A stretch of DNA of 64,000 nt from Haloarculaceae archaeon (GTDB lineage: Archaea; Halobacteriota; Halobacteria; Halobacteriales; Haloarculaceae): positions 2,213-66,212 of the forward strand of contig JBDGUH010000001.1 in NCBI GenBank assembly GCA_042216055.1. Reading direction: 5' to 3'. The notes under the pieces are model-generated. The model was not told the origin of the DNA. It did not search any database and saw nothing but the letters and a program-made list of their open reading frames with translations. This document shows, piece after piece, positions 9,741-18,438 of this stretch; the stretch's first letter is position 1; each line of letters starts with the position of its first letter. The translations under genes were made by a program, and so were the position numbers.

Positions 9741-9750
9741 CATATATATC
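9741..9750 (-). promoter_or_regulatory. TATA-box-like element for the minus-strand acidic-ORF / RelE-like / EEP cassette
   Basis: CATATATATC is centred about 27 nt from ATG 9718. Because it is palindromic it could also fire toward the CRISPR array. Confidence 0.4.
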
Positions 9751-9933
9751 CTTGCCAGCGGTTCACCAGTAGCGTCTGGGCACGATGCTGATGCCCGCTT
9801 CACCTACTAGGTCTAGTGGTTTGGCATCTCTTGAGATGCTGTAGACGCTGTCGATCCCGTGGGTGTGAGGGGTATTGGAGGTCGACCGCGTCGAAGCCCT
9901 CGAGCCAGAGGCGGTGATGCCGTAATGGCGACG

Positions 9934-10159
9934 GTTAAAGACGAACCCTCGTGGGGTCGAAGCAGGACTACGTGGCGAACAACAGGATCGACGTGACCGT
10001 TACAGACGAACCCTCGTGGGGTCGAAGCCAACACCGGGTTGATCAACCTCGGCGCGATGAGGTAGTTACAGACGAACCCTCGTGGGGTCGAAGCGCGATG
10101 CTGCCGGAGGTCGATCTCGACGAACCGGCGTTTCAGATGAACCCTTACCGAGTCGGGGG
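9934..10159 (+). CRISPR. Type I-B CRISPR mini-array: 3 intact 30-nt repeats, 3 spacers, 1 degenerate terminal repeat
   Basis: Repeats at 9934-9963 (GTTAAAGACGAACCCTCGTGGGGTCGAAGC), 9999-10028 and 10065-10094 (GTTACAGACGAACCCTCGTGGGGTCGAAGC). Degenerate repeat at 10130-10159 (GTTTCAGATGAACCCTTACCGAGTCGGGGG, about 20/30 matches). Spacers are 35, 36 and 35 nt. The repeat resembles the haloarchaeal I-B repeat ending in ...GAAGC, which implies plus-strand transcription. Confidence 0.9.
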
Positions 10160-10433
10160 TTCAGAATCACGACAGGTTCTGCGACTTCGAATAGCCACGC
10201 CACCGTATATGTCAAACTGCCGAGTTATCGTGGTGAGGCGAAGAGCGACTGCTGCATAATCTGTGAAATTCGGGACTGGGGCGCGGTCGATCTCGACCTG
10301 CGAATCCGTCGTCACTCTAGCGAGGCTCACAGTGTCGCGGGTCTTCACGGCCGTTGCGGTGCCCGGCGCAAACGAGGCCTGCTCTCTCAGCGGGCTGGAA
10401 ATACTCGGACTAGTCTCGCAGTCGGCCCGACGA

Positions 10434-11735
10434 TCAGTACGGCCAATCGCCGGTGATCCGCATGCCCTCGGCGAGCCCCTCATCCTCTAGCTGGGCGGCG
10501 ATCTCTTCGGGATCGCGGTGCGGGACCGTCACGTCGTCGCCCGCGAGGTGGACGACGAGTTCGGTCAGCAGGATCGCCTGCTCGCGCAGCGTCCGGGACT
10601 CCAGTTTGTCGAGCGTGTCGGCGCGGGTATGCCCCCATCCGCGTCCCGTCTCGCCCGTCTCGCTCGAGACGTGATAGCCCGGCACCCCCCACTGGACGTA
10701 CGGCCAGTGGTCGCTGTGGGGTCCGAGCGTGGGACTCGTCTCGATCGGGTGGCCGAGCCGTCCGGCGACCGTCTCGGCGGCCGCTGCGAGTTCCGGAAAG
10801 CCGTGGGTGGTCAACGAGAGGGTCCGACCGCGGACGGCGCCGTCGTTGTTGACGACGGCCACCACGTCGTCGTGATCGCGGCGGGCGGCGTCGTGGTTCG
10901 AGCCCACGAGACCGACCTCCTCGGCGCCGTACGCCAGGAAGTGAACCCGGGTGTCGAGTTCGTCCTCGCGGGCGGCGAGCGCGCGGGCCATCTCGACGAC
11001 CAGGGCGGTGCCGGCGCCGTTGTCGCCGGCGCCCTCCGCGATGTCGTGGGCGTCGACGTGACTGGTCACGAGGATTTCCGCCTCGGTGTCCGGGCCGAGA
11101 TCGGCGTGGACGTTCTGGCTGGTCGCGTCGTGGACCTCGGCGTCGACGGAGACGGAGATCTCCTCGCCCGACCACCGCCGGGCGAGTCGCGCGCCGACCT
11201 CCTTCGAGACGCCGACGGCGGGGATCTCCCCGATCGGCGCCCCCTCGGTCCCAACGCTGCCCGTCGGGGCGAGACAGCCCTCGACGTGGTTGCGGAAGAC
11301 GAACCCGGCGGCGCCCGCCTCGACGGCGTGGTAGTACTTCTCCCGGCGGTGGAGGAAGCGATCGTACCAGTCGGGGACGTCGCTGGCGGCCATCACGATC
11401 GCCCCCTCCAGGTCGGCCTCGAAGTCCCGCGGAAGCCCGTAGCCAACGTCGACGAGTTCGCCCGTGGCTTCGCCGGCGGGACTGCGCGGGAGCGCGATAC
11501 ACTCCTGGGTCGTGTCGCCGGCCGCGATGCTGGCGTCGCCCCGCGTCCAGCCCTGAATGTCGAAGGGCTCGAGGCGGGCGTCGCGCGCCCCCGCCTCCGC
11601 GAGGGCCGCCCGGGTCGCCTCCGCCGCCCGTCGCTCGCCCTCGCTGCCGGCCATGCGGTCGCCGATGTCGACCAGCGTCTCGAGGTGACGCCAGCCGGTG
11701 TCGCTCGTGAACGTGTCGCCGATCCAGTCTGCCAT
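10434..11735 (-). CDS. M28-family metallopeptidase (aminopeptidase)
   Basis: Motifs: HLETLVDIGDRMAGSEGERRAAE, VTSHVDAHDI.EGAGDNGAG, FLAYGAEEVGLVGS, SDHWPY. These are typical M28 zinc ligand blocks. Start taken at ATG 11735. Confidence 0.8.
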   Translation of the reverse strand: MADWIGDTFTSDTGWRHLETLVDIGDRMAGSEGERRAAEATRAALAEAGARDARLEPFDIQGWTRGDASIAAGDTTQECIALPRSPAGEATGELVDVGYGLPRDFEADLEGAIVMAASDVPDWYDRFLHRREKYYHAVEAGAAGFVFRNHVEGCLAPTGSVGTEGAPIGEIPAVGVSKEVGARLARRWSGEEISVSVDAEVHDATSQNVHADLGPDTEAEILVTSHVDAHDIAEGAGDNGAGTALVVEMARALAAREDELDTRVHFLAYGAEEVGLVGSNHDAARRDHDDVVAVVNNDGAVRGRTLSLTTHGFPELAAAAETVAGRLGHPIETSPTLGPHSDHWPYVQWGVPGYHVSSETGETGRGWGHTRADTLDKLESRTLREQAILLTELVVHLAGDDVTVPHRDPEEIAAQLEDEGLAEGMRITGDWPY

Positions 11736-11910
11736 GTCCACACGGGCGGCCGGCACCACCAAAAGCCTCCGGGCGTCCCCCCGGAAAGGGGAGTGCCGTC
11801 CGCGGGGAGCCAGGGTCCCCGGGTACCCGTCGCAAGCCGGAAGCTACGACTGGAACGGGTAAAAGCGTGGCGCAGGTAGCTTTTAGACCGCACGTCAGGT
11901 AGTGACTAGC

Positions 11911-12483
11911 ATGAACAGGGACGTCTCAGTGCGGGAGGTGATGAACGAGGAGTTCGTCGGGGCGAGTGAATCTGACGGACTCCTCGAAACGGTCGACCTG
12001 TGGCTCCAGGAGGGTGCCGCGGCGGTCGTGGTGCTGCGTGGCAACGAGGCCGTCGGCGTCCTCACAGAGCGCGACGTGCTGGGGTTGCTCGTCGCGGGGC
12101 CGGACCCGGAGCGGGCGACGGTCGGGGACGCCATGACGGCGTCGGTCCCGACCATCGGCCCCGACAGGACGCTCTCGGCGGCCCGCGACCGGATGGCTTC
12201 GCAGGCACTCGACTGGCTGGTCGTCACGGCCGGCGACGGACCGCTGGGCGTCGTCACCGAACACGACATCCTCACGGCCGCGGCGCTGGGGACCGAGACG
12301 GCCAGCGAGGGCACCCGAGAGCGGGCAGTCGCCGCCGGGGCCGCGATGACCGAGGACGCCGGCGAGGCGTCCGCGACCGAGGGGTTCGAGGATCAGGGGA
12401 TCTGTGAGGTCTGTGGCTCGCTGTCCCGAGACCTGAGCGCGTTCAACGGGCAGTTGCTGTGTGCCGACTGCCGGGACGTCTGA
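11911..12483 (+). CDS. CBS-domain pair protein with C-terminal zinc ribbon
   Basis: Two CBS-like units (VREVMNEEFV...GVLTERDVL; VGDAMTASVPTI...GVVTEHDIL). C-terminal CEVCG...CADC motif. Confidence 0.7.
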   Translation: MNRDVSVREVMNEEFVGASESDGLLETVDLWLQEGAAAVVVLRGNEAVGVLTERDVLGLLVAGPDPERATVGDAMTASVPTIGPDRTLSAARDRMASQALDWLVVTAGDGPLGVVTEHDILTAAALGTETASEGTRERAVAAGAAMTEDAGEASATEGFEDQGICEVCGSLSRDLSAFNGQLLCADCRDV

Positions 12484-12563
12484 TCCTGCGGCCGTCACGC
12501 GGGCCGTCGGGAGTCTCCCCGCCGGGAGTCTCCCCGCTGGGAGTAACAGGCTCGCCGGGAGTA

Positions 12564-13493
12564 TCAGGCCCGCCGGAGGTGTTCGCAGTCCCCCGCAGCG
12601 ACGGTCACGCGCTCCCCGTCGACGTCGATCACGAGCGAGCCGGGAAACGTCACGTCGACCGCTTCGCCCTCGACGGTCCGGTCGCCCGCCGTGACCCGGA
12701 CGCGTCGACCGAGCGTGCTCGCGTACTCGCGCCACACGTCGAGCACCGCGTCGGGGTCGTCCCGGAGGTCGTCGAACGCCTCGAGCAGGCGCTGGACCAG
12801 GACTCGTCGGTCGACCGGGTCCCCGCGTTCGGCCTGCAGACTCGTCGCCGGCCGCTCGGCCGGCAGGTCCCAGGGATCGAGGTTGGCGTTGAGGCCGACG
12901 CCGACGATCACCCACTCGACGCGGTCGGCCTCGCCCTCCATCTCCGTGAGGATTCCCGCGAGCTTTCGGTCCCCGACCAGCAGGTCGTTGGGCCACTTGA
13001 TCGTCGCTGGCACCCCGGCCTCGCGGACGGCCCGCGCCGCGGCGACCGCGGCCGCGAGAGTGAACACGGGCGCGTGTGCGGTGGGCACGTCGGGCCGGAA
13101 GAGGATCGACAGCCAGACGCCGCCCGACGGCGAGGCCCACGCCCGGTCGAGGCGGCCCCGCCCCCCGGTCTGCCGGTCGGCCACGACGACCACGTCCCCG
13201 GCCCCCGTCCCGGCCAGTTCGCGGGCCCGCGCGTTCGTGCTGCCGATCTCGTCGTGATACTCGACCGCGAAGGGCGCCTCGAGGCCGTAGGCCAGCGCCG
13301 CCTCGCCGTAGGCGGGGACCGACCGGACGGCGTAGCCGTCGGCGCCGCTCTCGATCTCGAAACCGGCCTCCCGCAGCGCCTCGACGTGCTTCCAGACGGC
13401 GGCCCGCGACACCCCCAGTTCGTCGGCGAGTGCCGTCCCGGTGACCGGCCCGTCCGCGAGCGCGTCGAGGACGCGCCTGCGCGTCTCCTGCAT
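12564..13493 (-). CDS. birA: Biotin-[acetyl-CoA-carboxylase] ligase / biotin operon repressor BirA
   Basis: N-terminal wHTH (VTGTALADELGVSRAAVWKHVEALREAGF). Ligase motifs GRGRLDRAW and KWPNDLL. Confidence 0.85.
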   Translation of the reverse strand: MQETRRRVLDALADGPVTGTALADELGVSRAAVWKHVEALREAGFEIESGADGYAVRSVPAYGEAALAYGLEAPFAVEYHDEIGSTNARARELAGTGAGDVVVVADRQTGGRGRLDRAWASPSGGVWLSILFRPDVPTAHAPVFTLAAAVAAARAVREAGVPATIKWPNDLLVGDRKLAGILTEMEGEADRVEWVIVGVGLNANLDPWDLPAERPATSLQAERGDPVDRRVLVQRLLEAFDDLRDDPDAVLDVWREYASTLGRRVRVTAGDRTVEGEAVDVTFPGSLVIDVDGERVTVAAGDCEHLRRA

Positions 13494-13530
13494 ACCGGCA
13501 CTCGGTGTGCACGGGTGGTAAGTCCCCCGT

Positions 13531-14925
13531 TCACTCCTCGGGAACGGGCAGGCTGACGGTGATTCGGTTCCCGCCCGACTCGCGCGTCCCGAAGGCCACG
13601 TCGCCGCCCGAGAGGTCGATCACCCAGTACACCAGCCAGAGGCCGATCCCGCTGCTGTGGTACAGTTCGGAGATCTCACGGGCCTCCGTTAGGACCCGGT
13701 ACTCGCTCTCGGGGATCGGCGGGCAGTCGTCCTCGACGACCACCGACGCGCTGTCGGCCTCGCGCTCGATGCGAAGCGTGACGGTCGGCGTCCCACCCTC
13801 GTGGTGTTCGATCGCGTTCTCGACCAGTTCGGTCAGCGCCGCTTCGATCTCAGGGAGCGTCCGTACCTGCATCGACGGTGGCACCGCCGTTTCGACAGTC
13901 GCGTCCGGGTACCGTCCCCGAACGTCAGCCGCGACGCGACGTGCCACCTCGGCGACGTCGATCGTCCGGAGCTGTCGCGGACCCGTCAGCAGGTCGATCG
14001 TCTGTCGCTCCTTCTCGGCCTTCTCGAGGAGGCTTTCCCCGACGCGCTGGATCGTTTCGGCTCTCGTCTCGACGTCCTCGTCGCCGTCGGCGAGCAGTTC
14101 CACCTGTCCGAGGATCGTCTGGAGGTCGTTGCGGAGGTTGTGGCGCAACAGCGTGTCGAGCACCGCGAGCTGCCGGCGCTGGCGGCGCTTGTCCGTCACG
14201 TCACGCGAGAAGCCGGCGACACGGACGACCTCGCCGTCCTCGCGGATGGGTTCGCCCTGGACCCACACCCACCGCTCGAAGTTGCTCCCGGGATCGACCC
14301 GGTACTCGATGTCGATGGGGTCGCCGGCCGAGAGCCGCTCCATCACCGCTTCGACCCGCGGTACGTCCGCCGGGTGGACACACTCGAGGAATGCGACGGG
14401 GTCCTCGAGCACCTCCTCGCGCGGCCGGCCGTACACATCCTCGAACGCGGCGTTCAGGAACAGCGTCTCCTCCCAGGCGGCGTCGAACATCCAGAGGACG
14501 TCCCGGGCGGCGGCGGCGATCTCCTCGCGGCGCTGCCGGGCCTCCTCGCGGCGCTCCTCTGCGCGGACCCGGTCGGTAATGTCACGCGAACTGACGACGT
14601 AGCCCTCGCCCCCCTCGAGCACGTGATTCGACATCCGGCTCTCCAGCCAGACCCACGAGTCGTCAGTGGCCCGGTACCGGTAGGTGACGACCAGGTCCGC
14701 CTCCTCGTCGGCCCCGATCACGCGCTCGAAGCTTCTCCGGACCCGCTCGCGGTCGTCCGGATGGACCAGCGCGAACGCGTCTTCCCCCACGAGCGTGTCT
14801 GGATCGTACCCGAGAATACGTTCCGCCGCGTCGTTGACGTACTGGAATCGGCCATCCGAGCCGATCACGGCGATCTTGTCCGTCGCGTGATCGAGCAACG
14901 ACCGCGCGGCGTCCCCGTCGACCAT
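13531..14925 (-). CDS. Cytoplasmic sensor histidine kinase with two PAS domains
   Basis: Two PAS units (IGSDGRFQYVNDAAERILGY...; LFLNAAFEDVYGR...). H-box LLRHNLRNDL. HATPase_c G-boxes (DDCPPIP, GIGLWLV). Confidence 0.8.
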   Translation of the reverse strand: MVDGDAARSLLDHATDKIAVIGSDGRFQYVNDAAERILGYDPDTLVGEDAFALVHPDDRERVRRSFERVIGADEEADLVVTYRYRATDDSWVWLESRMSNHVLEGGEGYVVSSRDITDRVRAEERREEARQRREEIAAAARDVLWMFDAAWEETLFLNAAFEDVYGRPREEVLEDPVAFLECVHPADVPRVEAVMERLSAGDPIDIEYRVDPGSNFERWVWVQGEPIREDGEVVRVAGFSRDVTDKRRQRRQLAVLDTLLRHNLRNDLQTILGQVELLADGDEDVETRAETIQRVGESLLEKAEKERQTIDLLTGPRQLRTIDVAEVARRVAADVRGRYPDATVETAVPPSMQVRTLPEIEAALTELVENAIEHHEGGTPTVTLRIEREADSASVVVEDDCPPIPESEYRVLTEAREISELYHSSGIGLWLVYWVIDLSGGDVAFGTRESGGNRITVSLPVPEE

Positions 14926-14974
14926 CTACACCCCCTTTCGCGGGCACCGGGGTAAGTGTAGTGGCCGGGCGCTG

Positions 14975-16813
14975 TCACCCGATCACGAACAGGAGGTCGC
15001 CCATGTCGACTGACTCGCCCTCGGCGACGGCCACCTCGTTGACGGCGCCGGCCCGCTCGGCCACGACGTCGTTTTCCATCTTCATCGCCTCGAGCACGCA
15101 GAGCACGTCGCCGGCCTCGACCTCGTCGCCCTCGCTGACCTCGACCGAGAGGATGGTCCCCTGCATCTCGGCGGTGACCTCGTCGCCCTCGGCGGAACTG
15201 GAGCCGCCGCTGCCCGAGGACCCACCGGACGGGCCGGCCGCGGCCGGGCGCCCCGGCTGTCCGTCACCGCCCTGTTCGACCTGGATGGGCGGGGCGCCCC
15301 GCTCCTCCAGGTCGACCTCGAAGCGCTTGCCGTTGACCTCGACAGTGAACTCTCGTTCGACGACCTCTTCGTCCTCCCCGCCGGCGGATTCGGCCCCGAC
15401 TCCCCACCGCTCCTGGGCGGCGTCGATCCGCTCGGGGTCGAGGTCCTCGTCGAGGTACTTCGTGGTGTGCCGACCGGCGACGAACGCGTCGTCGGTGAGC
15501 ATCAGCCGGTGAAACGGGATGATCGTGGGGAACCCCCGGATGTCGTACTCCCCGAGAGCGCGCTTCCCGCGGGCGATACACTCCGTGCGATCCTCGCCCC
15601 GGGTGACGAGCTTCGCGATCATCGAGTCGTAGTCGGTGACGAGGTCGTCGCCCTGGCGGGGGGCGTCGTCGACGCGGACGCCGATGCCGCCCGGCGGGTC
15701 GTACACCTCGAACTCGCCGCCGGTCGCCGGCGCGAAGTCGTTGGCGGCGTTCTCCGCGTTGATCCGAAACTCCATCGCGTGCCCGTCGAGTTCGACCTCG
15801 TCCTGCTCGAAGGTGATCTCCTCGCCGTCCGCGACCCTGAGCTGCCACTTCACGATGTCGATGTCGGTGAGCTCCTCGGTGACGGTGTGTTCGACCTGGA
15901 TGCGGGTGTTCACCTCGAGGAAGAAGAAGTCGGCGTCCGCGTCGAGCAGGCCCTCCTCGTTGCGGTCCTCGTCCTCGACGAGGAACTCGAAGGTGCCGGC
16001 GTTGTAGTAGTCCCCGGCCTCGGCTCCCCGCCGTGCGGCCTCCCCGATCTTCTCCCGGAGTTCGTCGGTGAGCGCGGGACTGGGCGCCTCCTCGATGACC
16101 TTCTGCTGGCGGCGCTGCAGCGAGCAGTCCCGCTCGCCCAGGTGGCGGACGTTGCCGTGCTTGTCCGCGAGGATCTGCACCTCGATGTGTCGGGGGTTGT
16201 CGAGGAAGCGCTCGAGATACACCGAAGCGTTCGAGAAGTACGCTTCCCCCTCGCGCTTCGCGGTCTCGAGTTGCTCCTCGGCGTCCTCGGGGCCCTCGAC
16301 GACCTCCTGGCCCATCCCGCCGCCCCCGCCCTCGGCCTTGATGAGGACCGGGAAGCCGTGTTCCTCCCCGAACTCCCGGACCTGTTCGGGGTCCTCGACG
16401 GGTTCGGTCGTCCCCGGGACGATGGGCACGTCGGCGTCCCGCATCACCTGGCGAGCGTGGGTCTTCTCGCCGAGGCGCTCCATCGCGTCGCTGGCGGGGC
16501 CGATCCACGTGATCCCGTCGACTTCCTCGACGCGGGCGGCGAACGCGGCGTTCTCCGCGAGGAAGCCGTATCCGGGGTGGATCGCGTCGGCGTCGGCCTT
16601 CCTGGCGGCCTCGACGATCGCCTCCTGGTCGTTGTAGGAGTCGGCGGCCCGCGCCGGGCCGACGTTGTAGGCTTCGTCGGCGTAGCGGACGTGCCCCGAG
16701 TGCTTGTCGGCCTCGGAGTAGACGGCGACGGTTCCCACGTCGAGCTCCTCGCAGGCCCGCATCACGCGGACCGCGATCTCGCCGCGGTTGGCGACGAGAA
16801 CCTTGTCGAACAT
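14975..16813 (-). CDS. pccA: Biotin-dependent acyl-CoA carboxylase alpha subunit (biotin carboxylase + BCCP)
   Basis: [20 protein letters not shown] start. ATP-grasp motifs. C-terminal biotinyl domain with VLEAMKMEN. Start taken at ATG 16813. Confidence 0.9.
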   Translation of the reverse strand: MFDKVLVANRGEIAVRVMRACEELDVGTVAVYSEADKHSGHVRYADEAYNVGPARAADSYNDQEAIVEAARKADADAIHPGYGFLAENAAFAARVEEVDGITWIGPASDAMERLGEKTHARQVMRDADVPIVPGTTEPVEDPEQVREFGEEHGFPVLIKAEGGGGGMGQEVVEGPEDAEEQLETAKREGEAYFSNASVYLERFLDNPRHIEVQILADKHGNVRHLGERDCSLQRRQQKVIEEAPSPALTDELREKIGEAARRGAEAGDYYNAGTFEFLVEDEDRNEEGLLDADADFFFLEVNTRIQVEHTVTEELTDIDIVKWQLRVADGEEITFEQDEVELDGHAMEFRINAENAANDFAPATGGEFEVYDPPGGIGVRVDDAPRQGDDLVTDYDSMIAKLVTRGEDRTECIARGKRALGEYDIRGFPTIIPFHRLMLTDDAFVAGRHTTKYLDEDLDPERIDAAQERWGVGAESAGGEDEEVVEREFTVEVNGKRFEVDLEERGAPPIQVEQGGDGQPGRPAAAGPSGGSSGSGGSSSAEGDEVTAEMQGTILSVEVSEGDEVEAGDVLCVLEAMKMENDVVAERAGAVNEVAVAEGESVDMGDLLFVIG

Positions 16814-16978
16814 ATCCCTCCATACCGCCAGTCCCACCATAAAACTATGCGGAGTGTCGACTGCGTGCCACGTCTCTGTGGTGCGATCCTGCCCCGTGGC
16901 GGTGCCCCAGCGCCCAGTTCTCGTGAGCGATAATCTCCCCGGTATTTTTATGCGACGTGACAGTGAACCTCACGCTCG

Positions 16979-18169
16979 ATGAGCACCGGTCTGCAGGGCC
17001 AGCGCGCGGACGCGCTCGAACTCGCCCACCACTACGTCGGCGGCGACGGCGCGGCGGCGCTCGGCGCGCTCCTCGACGGCTTCAGGCAGCGCCACGGAGG
17101 GATCGCCGTCGAGGAGACCCAGTACGACAGCCACCGTCTTCAGATCAAGAGCAGGATCCTCCGCAGCGACCCGCCCGACGTGTGGACCGGCTGGCCCGGC
17201 GGCGAGATAGAGGGCTACGTCGACGCCAACACGGTCGCGGACATCACCGATCTCTGGGAGGAGTCGGACATGCTCGACCAGTACCGCCCCGTCGTCGCCG
17301 ACGCCTCCCGCGTCGACGGAGACCTGTACGCCGTCCCGGTGACGATCCACCGGATCAACGACCTCTACGTTCACGCCGACCGCGCGAGCGAACTCGGCGT
17401 GGACCCGACCGACGCGAGCGATCCAGCCGAACTGGCGTCATTGCTGGAGTCCGCGACCGCCGGCACCGACGCGCCGGGGATCCTCCTCCCTATGTCCGAT
17501 CCGTTTCCGGTCCTCCAGCTGTGGGAGGTGTCGCTGCTGGGCCGGCAGGACCATCGAACCTTCCAGGCGATCACCGACGGCAACGCGGCGGCCAACCGGT
17601 CGGCTATCGCCGACGCCCTCGAGCAGGTCACCGCGTTCGCCGACCTCGCGCCCGACGAGTCGCTGTACGACGACCTGACCGACGCCAACGCCGAGTTCGT
17701 CGACGGCGAGGTTCCAGTGTACCCGCAGGGCGACTGGGCCGCCGGCGTGTTCGTCGAGGAGACGGGTTTCGAGTTCGAACGGGAGTGGCACCGGGTCCCG
17801 TTCCCGGGCACCGAGTCGATGTACGCCGTCGTGATGGACGCGTTCATCCCGTCGGCCGAGTCGGACAGCGCGGCCCTCGAGACGTTCCTGCAGTACGTCG
17901 GCTCCGCCGACGCCCAGGAGCGGTTCGCCCGGAACAAGGGGTCGATCCCGCCGCGCAAGGACGCCTCGATGGACGGTTTCAGCGACTTCGGGCGCGATCA
18001 GTACCGGGACCTCGACCGATCGCGCGAGCAGCCACAGTCGATCACGCACGGCCTGAGCGTCACGCCGGCCCAGCTCGTCGACCTGAAGAGCGCGATGGCG
18101 CAGTTCGTCGACCACTGGGACGTGGAGGCCACCACGAACGAGCTGATCGACGTGTTCGACGGGGACTAG
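16979..18169 (+). CDS. ABC-transporter solute-binding-protein-like protein (family 1) lacking a signal peptide
   Basis: [27 protein letters not shown]...[13 protein letters not shown] matches the mature N-terminus of sugar-type SBPs. There is no Tat/Sec signal or lipobox before it and no permease or ATPase genes adjacent. TATA-like ATTTTTA at 16944-16950. Confidence 0.6.
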   Translation: MSTGLQGQRADALELAHHYVGGDGAAALGALLDGFRQRHGGIAVEETQYDSHRLQIKSRILRSDPPDVWTGWPGGEIEGYVDANTVADITDLWEESDMLDQYRPVVADASRVDGDLYAVPVTIHRINDLYVHADRASELGVDPTDASDPAELASLLESATAGTDAPGILLPMSDPFPVLQLWEVSLLGRQDHRTFQAITDGNAAANRSAIADALEQVTAFADLAPDESLYDDLTDANAEFVDGEVPVYPQGDWAAGVFVEETGFEFEREWHRVPFPGTESMYAVVMDAFIPSAESDSAALETFLQYVGSADAQERFARNKGSIPPRKDASMDGFSDFGRDQYRDLDRSREQPQSITHGLSVTPAQLVDLKSAMAQFVDHWDVEATTNELIDVFDGD

Positions 18170-18438
18170 TACCGATCGGTTCTCCCGGCGGCGCTCCAGG
18201 AGTCCGTCGGGGCGTCCTCGGGCACTCTGACGCTCCGCTTTTGCGTTTGCTCGACGCGGCCGGCGAACGTCCATTCCCGACCCGCCCACGCGCGGGTCTC
18301 GCCCGCGCTCGCCGCCGCGGCGGCCGCTCGCTCGCGGTCCCGGAGGTGGGCCGCGATGGCGCTCGCGACGGCCGCCGCCTCCGCCTCGCTCGCGGTCGGG
18401 AGTCGCGCCGCGAATGCCGTCGGATCGATCGGCGTCAC
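18166..18438 (-). CDS. pccX: Small carboxylase-associated protein (PccX-like)
   Basis: 90-aa Ala-rich ORF whose start overlaps the pccB stop by 4 nt. As I recall, a small subunit encoded downstream of pccB is described for Haloferax mediterranei propionyl-CoA carboxylase. Confidence 0.55.
   Translation of the reverse strand: MTPIDPTAFAARLPTASEAEAAAVASAIAAHLRDRERAAAAAASAGETRAWAGREWTFAGRVEQTQKRSVRVPEDAPTDSWSAAGRTDRY

Noticed and set aside
9841-9870. Possible additional degenerate CRISPR repeat (GTAGACGCTGTCGATCCCGTGGGTGTGAGG)
   Set aside because: Only about 11/30 ungapped matches, and its spacing to repeat 1 does not fit the 65-66-nt period.
11926-13512. 528-aa minus-strand ORF, plus similar Arg-rich ORFs (10480..11835, 15264..16823, 16957..18576, 21604..23154, 34174..35565, 39697..40938, 42229..44109, 55238..57055, 60364..61794, 62596..63693)
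   Set aside because: All are out-of-frame or antisense overlaps of genes with clear motifs. Their composition is dominated by R/G/P/A, as expected for non-coding frames in roughly two-thirds-GC DNA.
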